Part shown: positions 25,479 to 38,536 of the stretch, piece by piece | How the letters are laid out: every line of letters begins with the position of its first letter | Position numbering within the stretch: position 1 is the first letter of the stretch | NCBI GenBank assembly: GCA_043228905.1 | Contig: JBHGNT010000006.1 | Span: forward strand, 18,724,001-18,788,000 | From: Azolla caroliniana | Taxonomy: Eukaryota > Plantae > Polypodiophyta | Length of the DNA: 64,000 nt | Reading direction: 5' to 3' | Notes under the pieces: generated by a model | What the model was told of the DNA's origin: nothing | Database searches by the model: none | Seen by the model: the letters and a program-made list of their open reading frames with translations, nothing else | Made by a program: the position numbers and the translations under genes

Positions 25479-28168
25479 GCTTGCACTTGATGAAAAACTC
25501 GTCAGCCATCTCTTTAAGGGTCGTATGCTGACTCTGCAGCTCGGCATTCTCCGCGTTCATCCTCTCCTCCCGTTCGCGATTTCTTTCCTCCTGACGCTGG
25601 TTCCAGTCGTGGGCATTGTCGAGCGCGGCCTGTAAGTCTAGAACCTCCGTCTCTTTCTTCACCACTGTGGCTGCATATTCCTCCAGCTTGCTTTTGAGTT
25701 CGGCTTCCTTGGCCGCGGCTTGCGCTTGTATTCGGCCCAGTGCTTCATTCTGCTCGTGTATCCTTTGGTTGGCCTGGGCTCTTATCTCGGCCATCTGCTT
25801 GGAAGCTTCTTCTTTCAGGCGAGCCATCGCCTCTTGATGTCGTTGCTCGTGTCTCTCGGTTCGCCATTGTTCTTCTTTAAGCTCCGCACGGTAATCCCGG
25901 AGCTGGGGTTCTGTCTGGGTTGCCACCTCCTTGGTTGGTGCGGTTAGTTTGGGTTGCTCCATGGCCGTGGCCGCCTCGGTTGTTGTACAGGCATCGACCA
26001 TTTGTAACGAGTCCGTTTGTGTACTGGCCTGCACCTTCAGGATGGAGTCGGTGATGGTGCTTTCATCCATCATCATTATGCGGGGGGGCGCTGGGAGGGC
26101 CTCGGTGGTCGTTACTGGAAAGCTCGAGACTTGTTGTTCCAGCCGGTTTTGCTCCCAAGCTGCCAGCTTCTGGTTCGCAGTGTGCCATAGCTCTGTAGCC
26201 ATCTTAGCCTGTTTTTGGGCTACTTTTATCTTTCGGGCCATGTCTTTGGCTGCCCATGTAGTGCGATCTAGGTCTCGATATGCCTCGATAAGGGTCGTGT
26301 TCAACTCGGGGACCTCCATGAGGAGAGCGACCTGTTTTGCCTGCTTCTTCCTCCCGATTTTTTGTAAAGCCTTGTCCTCCTGGGGCTCAATTTCACCTAT
26401 TAGCGCGCGTTGAACCATTTTTGTTTCGGCGTGCTCTTCCGCCATCCGAGTGGCTGCCGCGACTTGGGCTCTGGCGAGGAAGTCGACCAGCTCGAATGAT
26501 GTACCAAGGCGGAGGAGCGCACTAAATTCGTAAGCCTCTGCGGGGAGGTCCTTATACCCGAGGACTTCATCCTCCGAGATCTGTGTTGTCTGCCCATGCT
26601 CGATCGTTCCCTGGTTCAGCTATGCCTCCGCAGGGGTGATAGCCAATTTGCTCTGTCTGACCACTAAGGCTTGCTCCTGATGTGGCTCCTTCCGTTCTTC
26701 CGAGGACTCGCGGTTGAGTCGTCTTCTTTTGCCTGGCTGTGGTTGGGGTTCCGGGGCCGGTAGTGTTGTTTCCTCCGCCTGCTTCCTTTTCTGTGGTCGT
26801 GGTGGTGCAGCCTGCTGTGTGTTGGGGCGTGGGCTAGGTTCTGGGGACGTTACCGAGGGCCGCGACATTGGCTGTCGAATGGTGACATCATCAGTTGTGT
26901 TGTCTTCCGCAGCTACCTCCCCCTCCCATTCTTGGCAGGTCTCGGAAACTACCCTTTTTTGTTGGGGTTGGGCGGGTGGTGGTGCAGATGCGGTTGTCTG
27001 GTCGGCGGCAAGGGGTGAAGCCGATGTGGGCTCCTCCCAGGCTTCGTGGCTGATGGCCACAAATTTCTCTCTTTGCCTTTGTGGTGGTGGTGGGGACGTG
27101 AGTGCATGAGGGGAAGGAAGCGAAGAGGGTGGGTATAACACCATAAAAAAGTGGGTAAGAACAGACAACATCTTCTTACCGGACTGAAATGAAGCTAAGG
27201 CGGCGCGGAGTCCTTCGCCTGTGATGATTCCCCAATCGATTATGTTTCCTTCATAAGCATTGATGATGATGGCTGCCTTGTTCTGCGGCATGCTCGTTGG
27301 GTTCGTATGCACAAACGCATACTCCATCAAGATACGCGCAATCTCCCCGAAAGCTTTGTTGGGCCCGTCATACGTGCGATATGCCTTCCTTGTAGCTGAG
27401 TACTCCCCGAAGTACGCCTTCATCTTTGATGCCGAGGGTATGTCGACCTCATGGTCCCCTCCCCGTTGCAGGTCCAAAACAGCCCGAAGCACATTGTTGG
27501 TGATGGCTTCGGGACTTATACGTTTCGCCACATTTTGGGCATCTGGGTGCACGGGGGCATCGATGATCTTCAGATAACCGCCCATTCCTCGTTCCTGGAG
27601 CCAAGCGCGGGTTTCTGCTGAGGCGGTAAGAGGCATAGTGGAGATGGAAGCTGGGTTCGATTGTGTGGAAGCGTGAAGCAAAGTGATGAGGCAAGGGCGA
27701 GCTACCGCAGGAGCAGCAGGAAGTGGAAGTCCAGCAGAGAGGTTATGAGAGCGGAAGAGGGCTTGAGAGCAAGAGCGCTTAGTGTGTTGAGAGCGAGATG
27801 GGGTTTCTGATCTTGAGAGCAATGGAGATGGAGAGAGATAATGGTCTGTGTTGTGTTTTGGAAACGGTTTTGGTAACTTATTCCTAGGGTTTTGTACTTG
27901 CAGCGAATCCTGAAGATTCTGAGTCGTGGGTGCCATAATAAGTGACTAGCACCACGTGTCCTGAAGGTAAGTGGGGTGCTTCTAGTGTGCCCTGCATGTG
28001 GTTTGCATGTGTGAACGGTTTAAATAGGTACTAACTGAGTGGTGGCGAGGGGTGCTCCTAAAATTGGGGTGCCTAGGTGGGTGGTGTAGGTGTAGCAAAA
28101 CAATGGCTAAACTATGGTTAATCCTACCTACTACTACTTTTATTAATTTCCAGAAGGTGGGTGAGTCC

Positions 28169-31100
28169 TTATTCAGGGGGACCCGTGGCGTCCTCCGTGG
28201 TGATCTCCCGAGTCTCGTTGGTGCCGTGTGGCTTGGTAAACGGGTTGGGTGGTGTAGTCCCGCGATATGGTCTAAGCTGAAACCCATTGGCCCAACTTTT
28301 GACCGTGTCGCCGGCGAGTGTGCCGAGCAGAAACGTCCCGTTGAACTCGTCGATAATCCAAAATGGACCGGTCCACCGAAATCTTAATTTTCCCGGCATT
28401 GACCCGAGTCGTGTTTGGAAAAGAAGGACTGGTTTGCCGATGGTGAGCTCCTTCTCCAGCCCGTGTGGATGTCGATCCACGAAAGCCTTGCGTTGCCGTT
28501 AGCGTTGTTCGAGCTGGGCCATACTCTCTATCCTATCTTCCCCGAGTTCGAGGAGTTGTTCCAGCCGGTATTGTTCGGATTCGGCCTCAGGAAGCCTCGC
28601 TTTGACTTGAACTCGGAGGCTCGGGACTTGGAACTCAATAGGCATTACAGCTTCTAACCCGAACGCCATTCGAAAGGGGGTTGATTGGATGCTTGTTTTG
28701 AAGGTCGTACGATACGCCCACAACGCGCTCTGGAGTTTGTCATCCCAATCGGTCCTGTTTTCATTGACGATCTTCTTCAGTATGGTTTGGAGGATTTTAT
28801 TTGTCGATTCTGCCAAACCGTTCGCCTGCGGGTAGTATGGTGTGCTTTTCTTGTGCACCACCGCGTAGTGGTGTGTAAGCTCACGTATTATATGATTGAT
28901 GAAGTGCCCACCTTGGTCACTAACGAGCTCGATTGGACATCCGTAACGGCACCAGAGGTGCTCGTACACAAATTTAGTCGCGGATGCCGCCGTGTTATCT
29001 CGGAGTGCCTTAGCCTCAACCCATTTGGTGCAGTAATCCGTGGCCACGATAATATATCGATTCCCTATTCGGGCCGCGGGTGGTTTGAAAGGACCTACAA
29101 AATCCAAACCCCATTTTTGAAATGGGTCCAACGGAAGAATCGGCTGGTGTGGCATCCGTGACTGTTCCATTGGTTGCCCCAGACGTTGACACAAATCGCA
29201 CTGCCGGCAAAACTCGTGAGCGTCTTTCTTTGTTGTCGGCCACCATAATCCACTTTGCCAAACTTTCCTTGCCGTAGAATCCCCGGCGTAGTGTCCCCCA
29301 GATACTCCCTGGTGGGCTTCTTGAAGAACAGCGTTCTTCTCGAACTGCCGAATCGCTCAGTGCCATATGTCGTCCGAGCCTTTGAGGTAGAGAATGTCCG
29401 AGACGAGGCAAAAATTCCGGCTCCGCACTGCTAGGCGTTTTCTCGTGTCAAGGGTCATGTGCTCGGGATGTACACCAGTAGTGAGAAAATGGGTCATCTC
29501 CGTTATCGTCTGGTACCGTGGTCAGGTTAAATAGGCTGGCGTCCGGTAGCTCGTCGTACATTGTTTTCGCCGGTTCTCCTGACTCAAGACGGCTCAAGTA
29601 GTCGGCGACGGCATGTTGTACCCTGGGTCGATGCTGAATCTGAAAATCAAACTCTTGTAGTAGGAGCATCCATCGGGCCAACCGGCCGGTGAGGGCTTGT
29701 TTATTGACCAAATAAAGAAGGGCCGAGTGATCCACGTGAAAGGTAAACTTTCGGCCCAAGAGATAATGCCGAAATTTATTGATGCTATAAATCGTACCGA
29801 GAGCCTCCCGCTCGGTGGTGGAGTAATTCTTTTCCGTGGTCGAGAGCCATCGGCTGGCGTAGTATACGGGCCTATACCAATTCGGGGGTGTGCATTGCAT
29901 TAGCGCACTTCCGATGGCGATGTCCGAAGCATCCACGAAGACATGAAACGGTTCGGACCAAACCGGAGACTGGACCACCGGGGCATGTGACAGCATTCGT
30001 TTGAGGGTCTGATAGGCCGTGTCCTCGACTGACGTCCATTGGAAAGGAAGGCGATGGACTGCCACGTGTAAGGGTGTCGCGAAATCGGCCAGGTGTCGTA
30101 TCATTCGGTTGTGCCACCGGATCTGTCCCAAAAAACGGCTTAGTGCCTTAGCGTTCGAGGGTGCGATGGCCTCCAGGATTTCCTTTACTTTATCCGGGTC
30201 CATAGCAATGCCTTCTTGACTAACAATGTGGCCGAGAAGGTTGCCACTGGTGACTAAGAATGCGCATTTCGTCAGGTTTAAACTCAATCGAGCTTGGCGA
30301 CATCGGTCCAGGCAGAGTCGTAACTGGGTCATGTGTTCCCATCGATGGCCATACACGGCGAAATCGTCGAGAAAAACTTGCATGAACGCCGGGATGTAGT
30401 CATGAAAGATTTCAATGATGATGCGTTGGAACGTAGCCGGCGCTGTTTTTAGACCGAACATCATAACTTCTGCTACAAACACACCCCATTCCGTGACGAA
30501 AGCGGTTTTCTCCTGATCCTCCGGGTGCATTCTTATCTGGTTATAGCCGTTGAACCCGTCGAGGAAACTGTAGCATTGGTTGCCGGCTACCGTGTCGAGG
30601 ACGCTATCCGTGAATGGGAGAGGGAAACCGTCGGTGACTAATGCCGCGTTAAGCTTCCGATAGTCGACGCATACGCGGATTTTTCCGTTCTTCTTTGGGA
30701 CCACTACGATCGGGCTCAACCATGTAGCCCGTTTAACAGGGCGAATGAAGCCCACTCGGAGTAACTTGTCAATTTCCTCTTTGACTTTAGCGGTGTAGTT
30801 GGGGTTCATCCTGTAGCGCCTCTGCTGAACCGGCCGAGTGTCGGGTAAGATGTGAATTTGATGTTGTTAGTACTGAGGATCCAGCCCCTTCATATCGGTG
30901 TAAGACCAAGCGAAAACATCCTGGTAGTCGGTGAGTAATTTTACGAGGCATGCCCGTTCGCCGGTTGGTAGATTATTGGCAATTTGTACCGTACGGGGAT
31001 TCTCGTCCGAACTGAGGTTTATTGTTTCCAGGGTTGATGCTTTCACTCGTTGTGAAACGGCGAGTTCGCGTTCGAAAGCCTCCCGAGCATGACGTAGCTC

Positions 31101-33080
31101 GGCAACTGTGGTTGCATCGGGTTCATCCTGGGGTGGTGACTCCTCCGTGACTCCCTCGTCTTTAGATGGCTCGATGGTTGGTAAGGCATTGATTTTGAAG
31201 AGAGGAATGATCGTGGGATGATCCTCTAGGAAGTCATCGACCTCCTCATCGGCCAATCCGTCGAGCATATGGACTCCTTCCGCGTATAACGGCGAAGTGT
31301 TGAGGGCGACGAGGACTCGTTCTTCAGTGATGATCCGGACCTTTGTCTTCCCTTTTCAGAACGAGATCATGTTGCATTGCCAATGTTGCTTGATATTCGT
31401 TGTACGCAACCACGGTCAACCTAGTAACATTGGGTTGGTGCCTTGTGTCTCCAGTCATAGCACGACGGCTGAGATCGTGAACATGTGTCCTCCGAGTGTG
31501 AAGTCGAGATGGTGAATTAAACCAATGGGGCGAACGGAGCGGGTGTCGGCCATCCGAAGCCAAAAGGGGCATGGTTCCCATTGATTCAGGCCGAGTTTGA
31601 GACACGTTGATTTGCTAATAACGTTTACACCAGACCCGCCGTCGATGATGCATCCTTGCAGGTCTTGTCCCTTAATGATGATTCGCACGGCTGGGTTCTG
31701 AGAATCCATGAGTGGTGGACCGGTACCTGCGTCGGTGAGGTGTACCGGTGGTGTCTCGGTCTTAGTATTGGCCTGTAGTGACGCCAGGGTGTCCCGAAAT
31801 CTCGGCATGAGTGGTAGCAGTTTATGTAGGGGCAGCGAGATGCGGGAATTGGTAAGCACATCCCATAGCTGGTCGTCCTCCGACGACGTGGGTGGGGCCG
31901 AGGTGTGTGGTACTTCACTGGGCCCATCCCTTATGTCAGTTTGCATGCGTGCGGCATTATTTTTATTGGCCGTGTCGACCCAGTCTTTTGCTGCCTGTCG
32001 TACTTCATCCTGGATTTGCCACTGAGTAGTGACCATTTGCACATCGGCCATGATACTGTTTACCGCGGGTGCCTTGCCACGGTTGGTTGTCGGACATTGC
32101 GTGGCGTAGTGGCCTGGTTGGTTACATTTAAAACATGTCACGTTGGCCGAGCTGCTGGTGTCTGCTCGGTCTGTGTGTGGAAGCTGTTGTTGTGGATCCT
32201 CGGTCTCATTTAGTGGTGGGTTGTTCCGAGGTGTGTTGGAGTTGCCCTGGTCCTGTTGAGGAGCGTCCCGTCGGCGGTTGTGATTAGGTCTTCTGTTGTT
32301 GCGTGTGTTACGATTGCCATTTCGCCGATCCATGCGTGAGTTCCTTCGGTCATACCGATCATCGCGATCGTCATCGTACCGAGCATAATCGTCGTGCCAG
32401 TCATCGCGATAATAATCACGGCGATTATCACGTTGGTAGTCGTCGTTTCGGGGCCATCGATCCGGGGATCACGGTTGGTCCTTATCCTGGTCACGGTAGA
32501 TGTATCGCTCGTCCTGCCAAGAGTATGTATTGTGTGGCTCGATCTGGCCGACCAGTGCTGCCGTTGTGCGGTTCAGCATATTATATTCGCACTGCTCGAC
32601 CATGTGGGCTCGAGATTGACAGATCAGACACTTCATCGTGCGGCCGATCCCTCGAGGGAGAGTGTGAACTCGGCAATCTTCGATGCATCGATTTCGGCCG
32701 GTGTGAGACGGTGCGTGGAGTGGTTAGCCTGCCACGTGGATATGAAGGCACGGATGTGTGACTCCGCGTCCGGTCCGTCGGCATATCGTGGGTATGGGTA
32801 CGGCATGATGTCGTATTGTGGTTCTTCTGGTAGAACCGGAAAAGGGTTTGGTTCCGGTTGATTGACCTCCGGAGGGCTCGACGTGGGCTCTGGTGATGAA
32901 TCCACTCGCGATCGAGTGTCTGGTGGCGAGGATTGCATTGGACAAGCCCCCGATTAATCGGGAAAGGATTGGTCAGTGACCGCCGAGTCGGAAGTTCCTT
33001 CGACTGGCTCAAGGCGTCGAGCAGGTGGCCGAGACCTCGTGGTGCGAGAGGGCGCCGTAACAGCGGCTGGTTGTTACATT
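28169..33080 (-). pseudogene. Gypsy gag-pol, frameshifted, with a gag deletion
   Basis: Gag MPYPYPRY, knuckle CFKCNQPGHYATQC, protease IIDGGSG, RT/RNase H 29448-30809 (QVFLDDF, FVDASD), integrase 28499-29194 (DFVGPF, SDQG, NGLAES), C-terminal KLRFRWTGPF. Confidence 0.92.
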
Positions 33081-33129
33081 CAACGAGGTTCGTTGTGCAC
33101 TCACAGCTGTAACCGGGCGTGCCAAATTG

Positions 33130-33589
33130 TGTTACCCGTTCCTTTGGGTGAACACCTTCGATAGATCTGCGTCTATCGGTCTTCAAGGGCGTGGTACGTG
33201 AAGGCTCGTACAAAGGCTCTGAGAGAGATATAGGGCGCAGAGAGAAAACACTAGCGAGGTTTTCTGATAGGTGTGGCGGCGTGAAACTCCTAGATATAGA
33301 TCGAAACACAGACTCATGCAGCAAAATAGGCACAAATAAGATATATTACTATGGCAGGAAAGGATTACAGAACATGGCCTATGGCCGGTGACCTTACAAG
33401 TTTATCTAATTCGAATGACTAATCTAGTGCTTCCGCCTATAATTTTCTTCTCCCCCTCCCTTTCTGAGGTACTGTTCCTCGTTTAAATAACTTTTCCCCT
33501 TACACACAGCCGAGCCCTTGGTGGCCCGTGATACTCGGACTCAGCGTCTGCTAATTTCCTAATTTTACATTTCTGTCCTCTGGACAACA
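33130..33589 (-). repeat. 5' LTR of gypsy element 18545-33589
   Basis: Followed on minus by a 5-nt spacer and the PBS. Confidence 0.95.
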
Positions 33590-34632
33590 TCAAGGGCCAA
33601 GGAGTTTGGGGTCCTCATGTCAAAAATGGACCACGGTAGCAGCTCTAGAGCAGAACCAGTTAATTTACAGAAGAAACCTCCGGGAACGGATGTAGAACCA
33701 ATGGTTAGAACAGCCACGGAAAAAGAAATGGAGGAATTAGCCATTCAAGAAGCATTAAGAGAGCGAGAGAGAGAACAGAGGAAGACAATTGAAGAAGAGA
33801 AACAGAGGACTGAGGAATTTCTCTTGAAGACTCAAGCGAATAACGACCGGCCGAAGGAGAAAAGAGAGAAGCTGCTACATGAAAAATACAGGCTCTAGAG
33901 GATGGCAGAAACAGAGATATAGAGGCTGAAAGAAGAAATTTGGCAGCAGAAGGACCGAGAAGATAGGGCGCTCTCTCAAATAAACTGACATTTGAAGCAG
34001 AAAACGAAGGATTTTGAAAAATTGCACCAGGACCATAATCAACTCAAATCGGACCATAAGAAGCTAGGGTCAGATTATGACCGGCAACAAGAAAAGCTTA
34101 AGGAGGTCCAGGCAGAGTTGAAGGAGAAAACGGAGCTGCTGATGGATCAAGGAAAAATGATGGCGGAGATGACGACAAAGGTGATGGAGGAAGCGGCGAA
34201 AGAAGGAGCAAAACTCCAATCGAAGCACTACGAGGAAGTGTAACAGGCAAAGACGGGCAATTGCAGTTTGAGCGATATGAGCGGGAGCGCTGGAGGAAAG
34301 AAGCTACCAAGCTAGCAGAGGCCATAAATATTAGCGATGAGGAACAACCCGTGGAGCCACAGCTGGATGAAGTCGACGCGGAGCAATCGGTGAGAGACAG
34401 TACGAAACAAACAAAGGGAGCTGGTACGGATCAGCCGGAAGTAGTCGGGACAGAGTAGGTAGAGGGAGCCGAAAATGTAAAGGAAGCCAGAACGGATCAA
34501 CCGGAGGGAGCCGGAGCAAGGCAACAACAACAGTTAGAGGAGCGACAACAGCAACAACAGATCGAAGAACCACTCAAACCCTTGGATCAAAGTATTTTGG
34601 ACATACTCGACGAAAAGTGAAAGAGCTAACCC

Positions 34633-34672
34633 ATGGGTTCGACGTGCAATGCACTGTCCCATGGGTGTGCTA
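34633..34672 (+). other. Degenerate tRNA-Arg-like 3'-end motif in the PPT position
   Basis: ATGGGTTCGA-C-GTGC-AAT-GCAC-T-GTCCCATGGGTGTGCTA-TG, then LTR TGTTGG. Confidence 0.8.
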
Positions 34673-35101
34673 TGTGTTGGCTGCAGTATGATCCGGAGGA
34701 ATATATGTGAAAAGGGACGAGTCGGATATGATAATTTATTAATTAGTAACTAGGAATATTATAGGAACGGATAGATCCGGAATAGTTGTACGGGTCCAGA
34801 TCTAGACTGATTTATAGCTGGTAGTTGGTAAGGCATCGTTCTATATTTCGAACCGGATGCCTATAAAAGGATCCGAGAATCAATGTAATGAAGAGCGAAA
34901 GTAATAGAAGTTCGAGTTTTGATTTAAGATTATTGTGTCCCTTGTCTACTTGTCGTGTTGTGCTTTCATTCTCTATCTTACGTGTGTTTTAATTAAACGG
35001 TTGCTTATTACGAATCCGGAACGTATCCGGAATCAGCTGGATTAGAATCAGATCTATGCCGAAGAACATCATTCCCTTGACCACCCTTTGGTGAAGTGTT
35101 C

Positions 35102-35964
35102 TATAGAGATTTTGCTTAGACAAAAATTACGAAATAAACATAGATACAAACAGAAATAAAGAGTAGCACCCGATTTACGTGAAAAACCCTGATTTCAGGG
35201 AAAAACCACGTAACAGAAATTTCCACTATAATAAAAGACAGAATACAACCACGGAATGAAAGAACCTGATCTGGTCTAAATGTTCTCTGAAATCCTAACA
35301 CGTAGGTGTCTATCCCATTCGAAACTTCCTTTGCTTCTCGATTTTGTCTTTCTTCTTTTCTGTTTTTCTTCCTTTCTTCCTCACACACACTCAACTTCCC
35401 CTTTGTTACACTCTCACAACCACTACTATGTATTCTCTCTCAGTCGTTCTTTGTGTTACACCCCTCTTGCAACACGTTCTCATATATCTATATTACCTTA
35501 GGCGCTCCCCCTTTTTACTTAAGTTCACTTTCACGTATTTTCTCACTGTTTTTACTCCCAGTGAGTTATCCAACATACAAACGCACTACTACACTTGTCA
35601 ATATATATATATATATTAACTCATTTCATACACATATATGTATATGTGTGTATGAACTTCTATTTGACTGAGTTCGAATTCAGCTTTCTACCCGAATTCG
35701 GTCAACTGACTCTCAATTCGGTTCTTCGGCCAATCGACTATCCTTTTGGCTCTCCGACCGATTCCGGCTAGCTGACTCTCGTTTCGGCTTTCCCAACCGA
35801 ATCCGGTCAGCCGGCTCTTTTCGACTGATTTCATTCAGCCAACTCATTTTGGTTGATTTCGGTCAGCCGACTCATTTCGGCTTCTCAGCGGATTTTGACC
35901 AACCGACTCTCGAGTCGACTTCTCGGCCAACTCCCCCGAAAAGGAGGGGTTGTCTACATAACAA
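35102..35964 (-). mobile_element. Probable copia solo LTR inserted in a gypsy LTR
   Basis: Absent from the duplicate copy near 15560. Flanked by TGTTC on both sides. Contains the copia-type ACGTGAAAAACCC..GGGAAAAACCACG motif. Ends are approximate. Confidence 0.7.
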
Positions 35965-38227
35965 TGTTCTAGAAGGACACCATGTGTTTGTGACTAGTCC
36001 AGCCCAGGATAAACAAACTATTCTGTTCTACACCATTGATCCACACATATAATATGTTTGCCCTTATACACTGTGTGGGCTATTTACAAATGTAGCCACT
36101 GCTACCATCACCCCTATTATTATACTAAATAACAATAATAGCTAATCTGACGACTAATCGACTAGTCGATTTGACTAGCCGACTCCAGTGTCAACTATCC
36201 AGTCGGCCTTGTCGTCAACCCTCCGGTCGGTTTGACTAGTCGGTCTTGTCTTCGACTTGGATCATCTCCTATGTCGACTCTCTCTTACTCGGCTCACCGA
36301 ATTGACTCTCCATGACTTCAATCGTCGGCTCTCGGCCCGACCAGTCGGCTCCTCCCATAGGAGGGACATTTTCCTAACAAATAATGGATCAGATATGCTG
36401 ACGAAAGTTTTATCTATGGACAAACTAAAAGCTTCCCGGTTAAAGGTAGACATGGTCAACTCTCCCATACAAGAGTGAAGAGGGAGTTTGTTATGAAATG
36501 ATGTCCCTCCTTATGGGAGAAGAACCGATTCGGTTAAGAGCTAGTGGAGTATATGGCTAGTTGAGAGCTGGCTGAAAAGTAAAGGTTTGAGAGCTAAAGG
36601 TCTGAGAGCCGGCTATCCGGATGAGGGCCGAATGCCAACTGGGAGCTGGCTAAGGCTAAGGCTAAGTGTCGAATCGGCTTGAAGTACCCATTTGGTTAAG
36701 TGTGTGCCCACTTAAAGTGTGTCATTCCACCAAGTGCACATTTTATAGAGATCAGAATCCAGATAAAAATTTTACATCGTTTCACGATAAAATTACATCA
36801 AACCAAATTGAAACTATGTTCCAAACATTCAAAAACAACAAAATTATCAATAAAAAATAGATGTGTAAGCCTTTCTCTATTTCATACCAAAATCATGTAA
36901 GGCCATTTTCTTACTTCTAGCTAAATAGGTCGAGCAAGATATGATGAATATATAATCTTGAACTAATTTCGTGGAAACTTTGGTTTGGAACAAGATATGT
37001 ATTCAATAAAACTAAGTAGGTTGAGTGTGGGTCTATGAAGGGAAAACTATTAATCGATTAACCAATTAATAATTATAATAAGCTATTAATCGATTAATGG
37101 CTTATTATGTGGACTTACAGGAAGGGAAAGCTATTAATTGATTAATGGCTTCTTATGTGGAATTACACGAAGGGAAAGCTATTAATCGATTAATGGCTTC
37201 TTATGTGGAGTTACAAGAAAGGAAAGCTATGAATCGATTAATGACTTATTATGTGGACTTACATGAAGGGAAATCTATTAATCGATTAATCGATTATTGG
37301 CATATTATGTGAAGTTACATGAAAAGAAAGCTATTAATCGATTAGTTGATTAATGGCTTATTATGTGGACTTACATGAAGGGAAAAATATTAATCGATTA
37401 ATCGATTAACGGCTTATTACGTGGACTTACATGAAGGAAGGAAAAGCTATTAAGCGATTAATAGCTATTGATACACTCTTTAATGGGCTTCCACATTGTA
37501 TATCCCAATATAACTAAGTGTTTACGTACTAAAATCTTAACGAAGCACAAAGATAATTATTATAGTGTTCCACGCAACGTGTTTGTAGTACTCTGTGGGA
37601 CCCAATATTTGTATCTACTATCAACATTATCTTTTGACGAGTACAAAGTAAAACCGTTTGATATGTATATTTGTATTTCTCTTCGGCCTCAATTGTGATT
37701 GTTTATACACAAGGGGGATGATATCATTTATATATAACTCTTGTATAACTTCTTCATCCACATGTTCTTAGTGATGCCCTGTGGCAGTGCATCTTACTAC
37801 GCTAATCCTCCTGAAAACTCCTATACCCATGGATTAGACATTGACTACAAACTATAACTCTTATAAATTCTTGAACCAAATTGCCTCTAAGGTTAAAAAT
37901 GATCTGGTTGTTGGTAACATAACATTGCCATGATAGGATTGTCTTATGTTATTAACACAAAGCAATGGACTTTGGTAACATGCACAATTCATAACTTGAT
38001 TTGAAAAGAGCTTCAAGCTTCTAAATGCATGTGTATATGTGTGTGTGGAGCTTGGGAGTCTTACAAGCCAAAAATGATTGCTTCACACACGTATGGATTG
38101 ATATGCTTGGTCAATGTGACAACTTGACATTTGCATGAAATGTTTGATGATTAAAATGTGTTCAAGAACTATATGTTAAATAAGGAAAACTCTAAAAACA
38201 ACTTTGCTAAATATGCCTTATTCCCTA
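35965..38227. repeat. ~2.3-kb duplicated segment, copy B
   Basis: Colinear with about 15560-17805; includes the 48-bp array at about 37045-37470. Confidence 0.9.
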
Positions 38228-38472
38228 TACAATATTGTTTTTAAATTTCCTTAATTGTATGTTTAACTCTGATTTGGAGCCTCAACTTTGACCATATTTA
38301 TCTCCACAATAATCTTTGAAGTTGTCCTACATTTAAGCAACTTATGGAAGCATATTTAGGAATTAGGTCTGTTACCTATTGAAAGCCTTAAAACTAGGGC
38401 TATTTCTAGGGGCAATCTTTCACTCTACCAAATAGTGATCGCACTTCTTATTTTCTAACTTCTTGCCAAATA

Positions 38473-38492
38473 CTCTCTCTCTCTCTCTCCCT

Positions 38493-38535
<43 letters not shown>
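38473..38535. repeat. (CT)n and (CA)n microsatellite
   Basis: Read directly. Confidence 0.95.

Positions 38536-38536
<1 letters not shown>

Larger units (their letters stand above)
19103..27636 (-). pseudogene. Extra 3' ORF (ORF2) of the gypsy element, split by the copia insertion
   Basis: MPLTASAETRAWL.. at 27636, N-terminal domain with YFGEY and IIDWGII, Pro-rich linker, coiled coil 25484-26445. Resumes below 20039 (KLLSEQ..) and ends PESILDILKEE* at 19103. Confidence 0.8.
18545..33589 (-). mobile_element. Full-length non-chromovirus (Athila/OTA-like) Ty3/gypsy element with a nested copia
   Basis: LTRs 18545-19003 and 33130-33589 with TG...CA ends, TSD GCAAG/TCAAG (one mismatch), PBS TGGCACGCCCGGT at 33112-33124 on minus, gag-PR-RT-RH-INT order, extra 3' ORF. 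Confidence 0.95.
17806..36012 (+). mobile_element. 3' part of an older gypsy element (extra ORF and 3' LTR) split by two insertions
   Basis: Degenerate coding DNA at 17806-18544 resumes at 33595-34620 as a coiled coil homologous to ORF 50695-52521 and ends DQSILDILDEK*. LTR from TGTTGGC at 34675 to ...GGATAAACA near 36012, interrupted at about 35102-35964. Confidence 0.75.

Noticed and set aside
25336-26445. Coiled-coil ORF as a host myosin/SMC-like gene
   Set aside because: It lies between the gypsy LTRs as part of ORF2, and its apparent C-terminus is read-through into the copia LTR.
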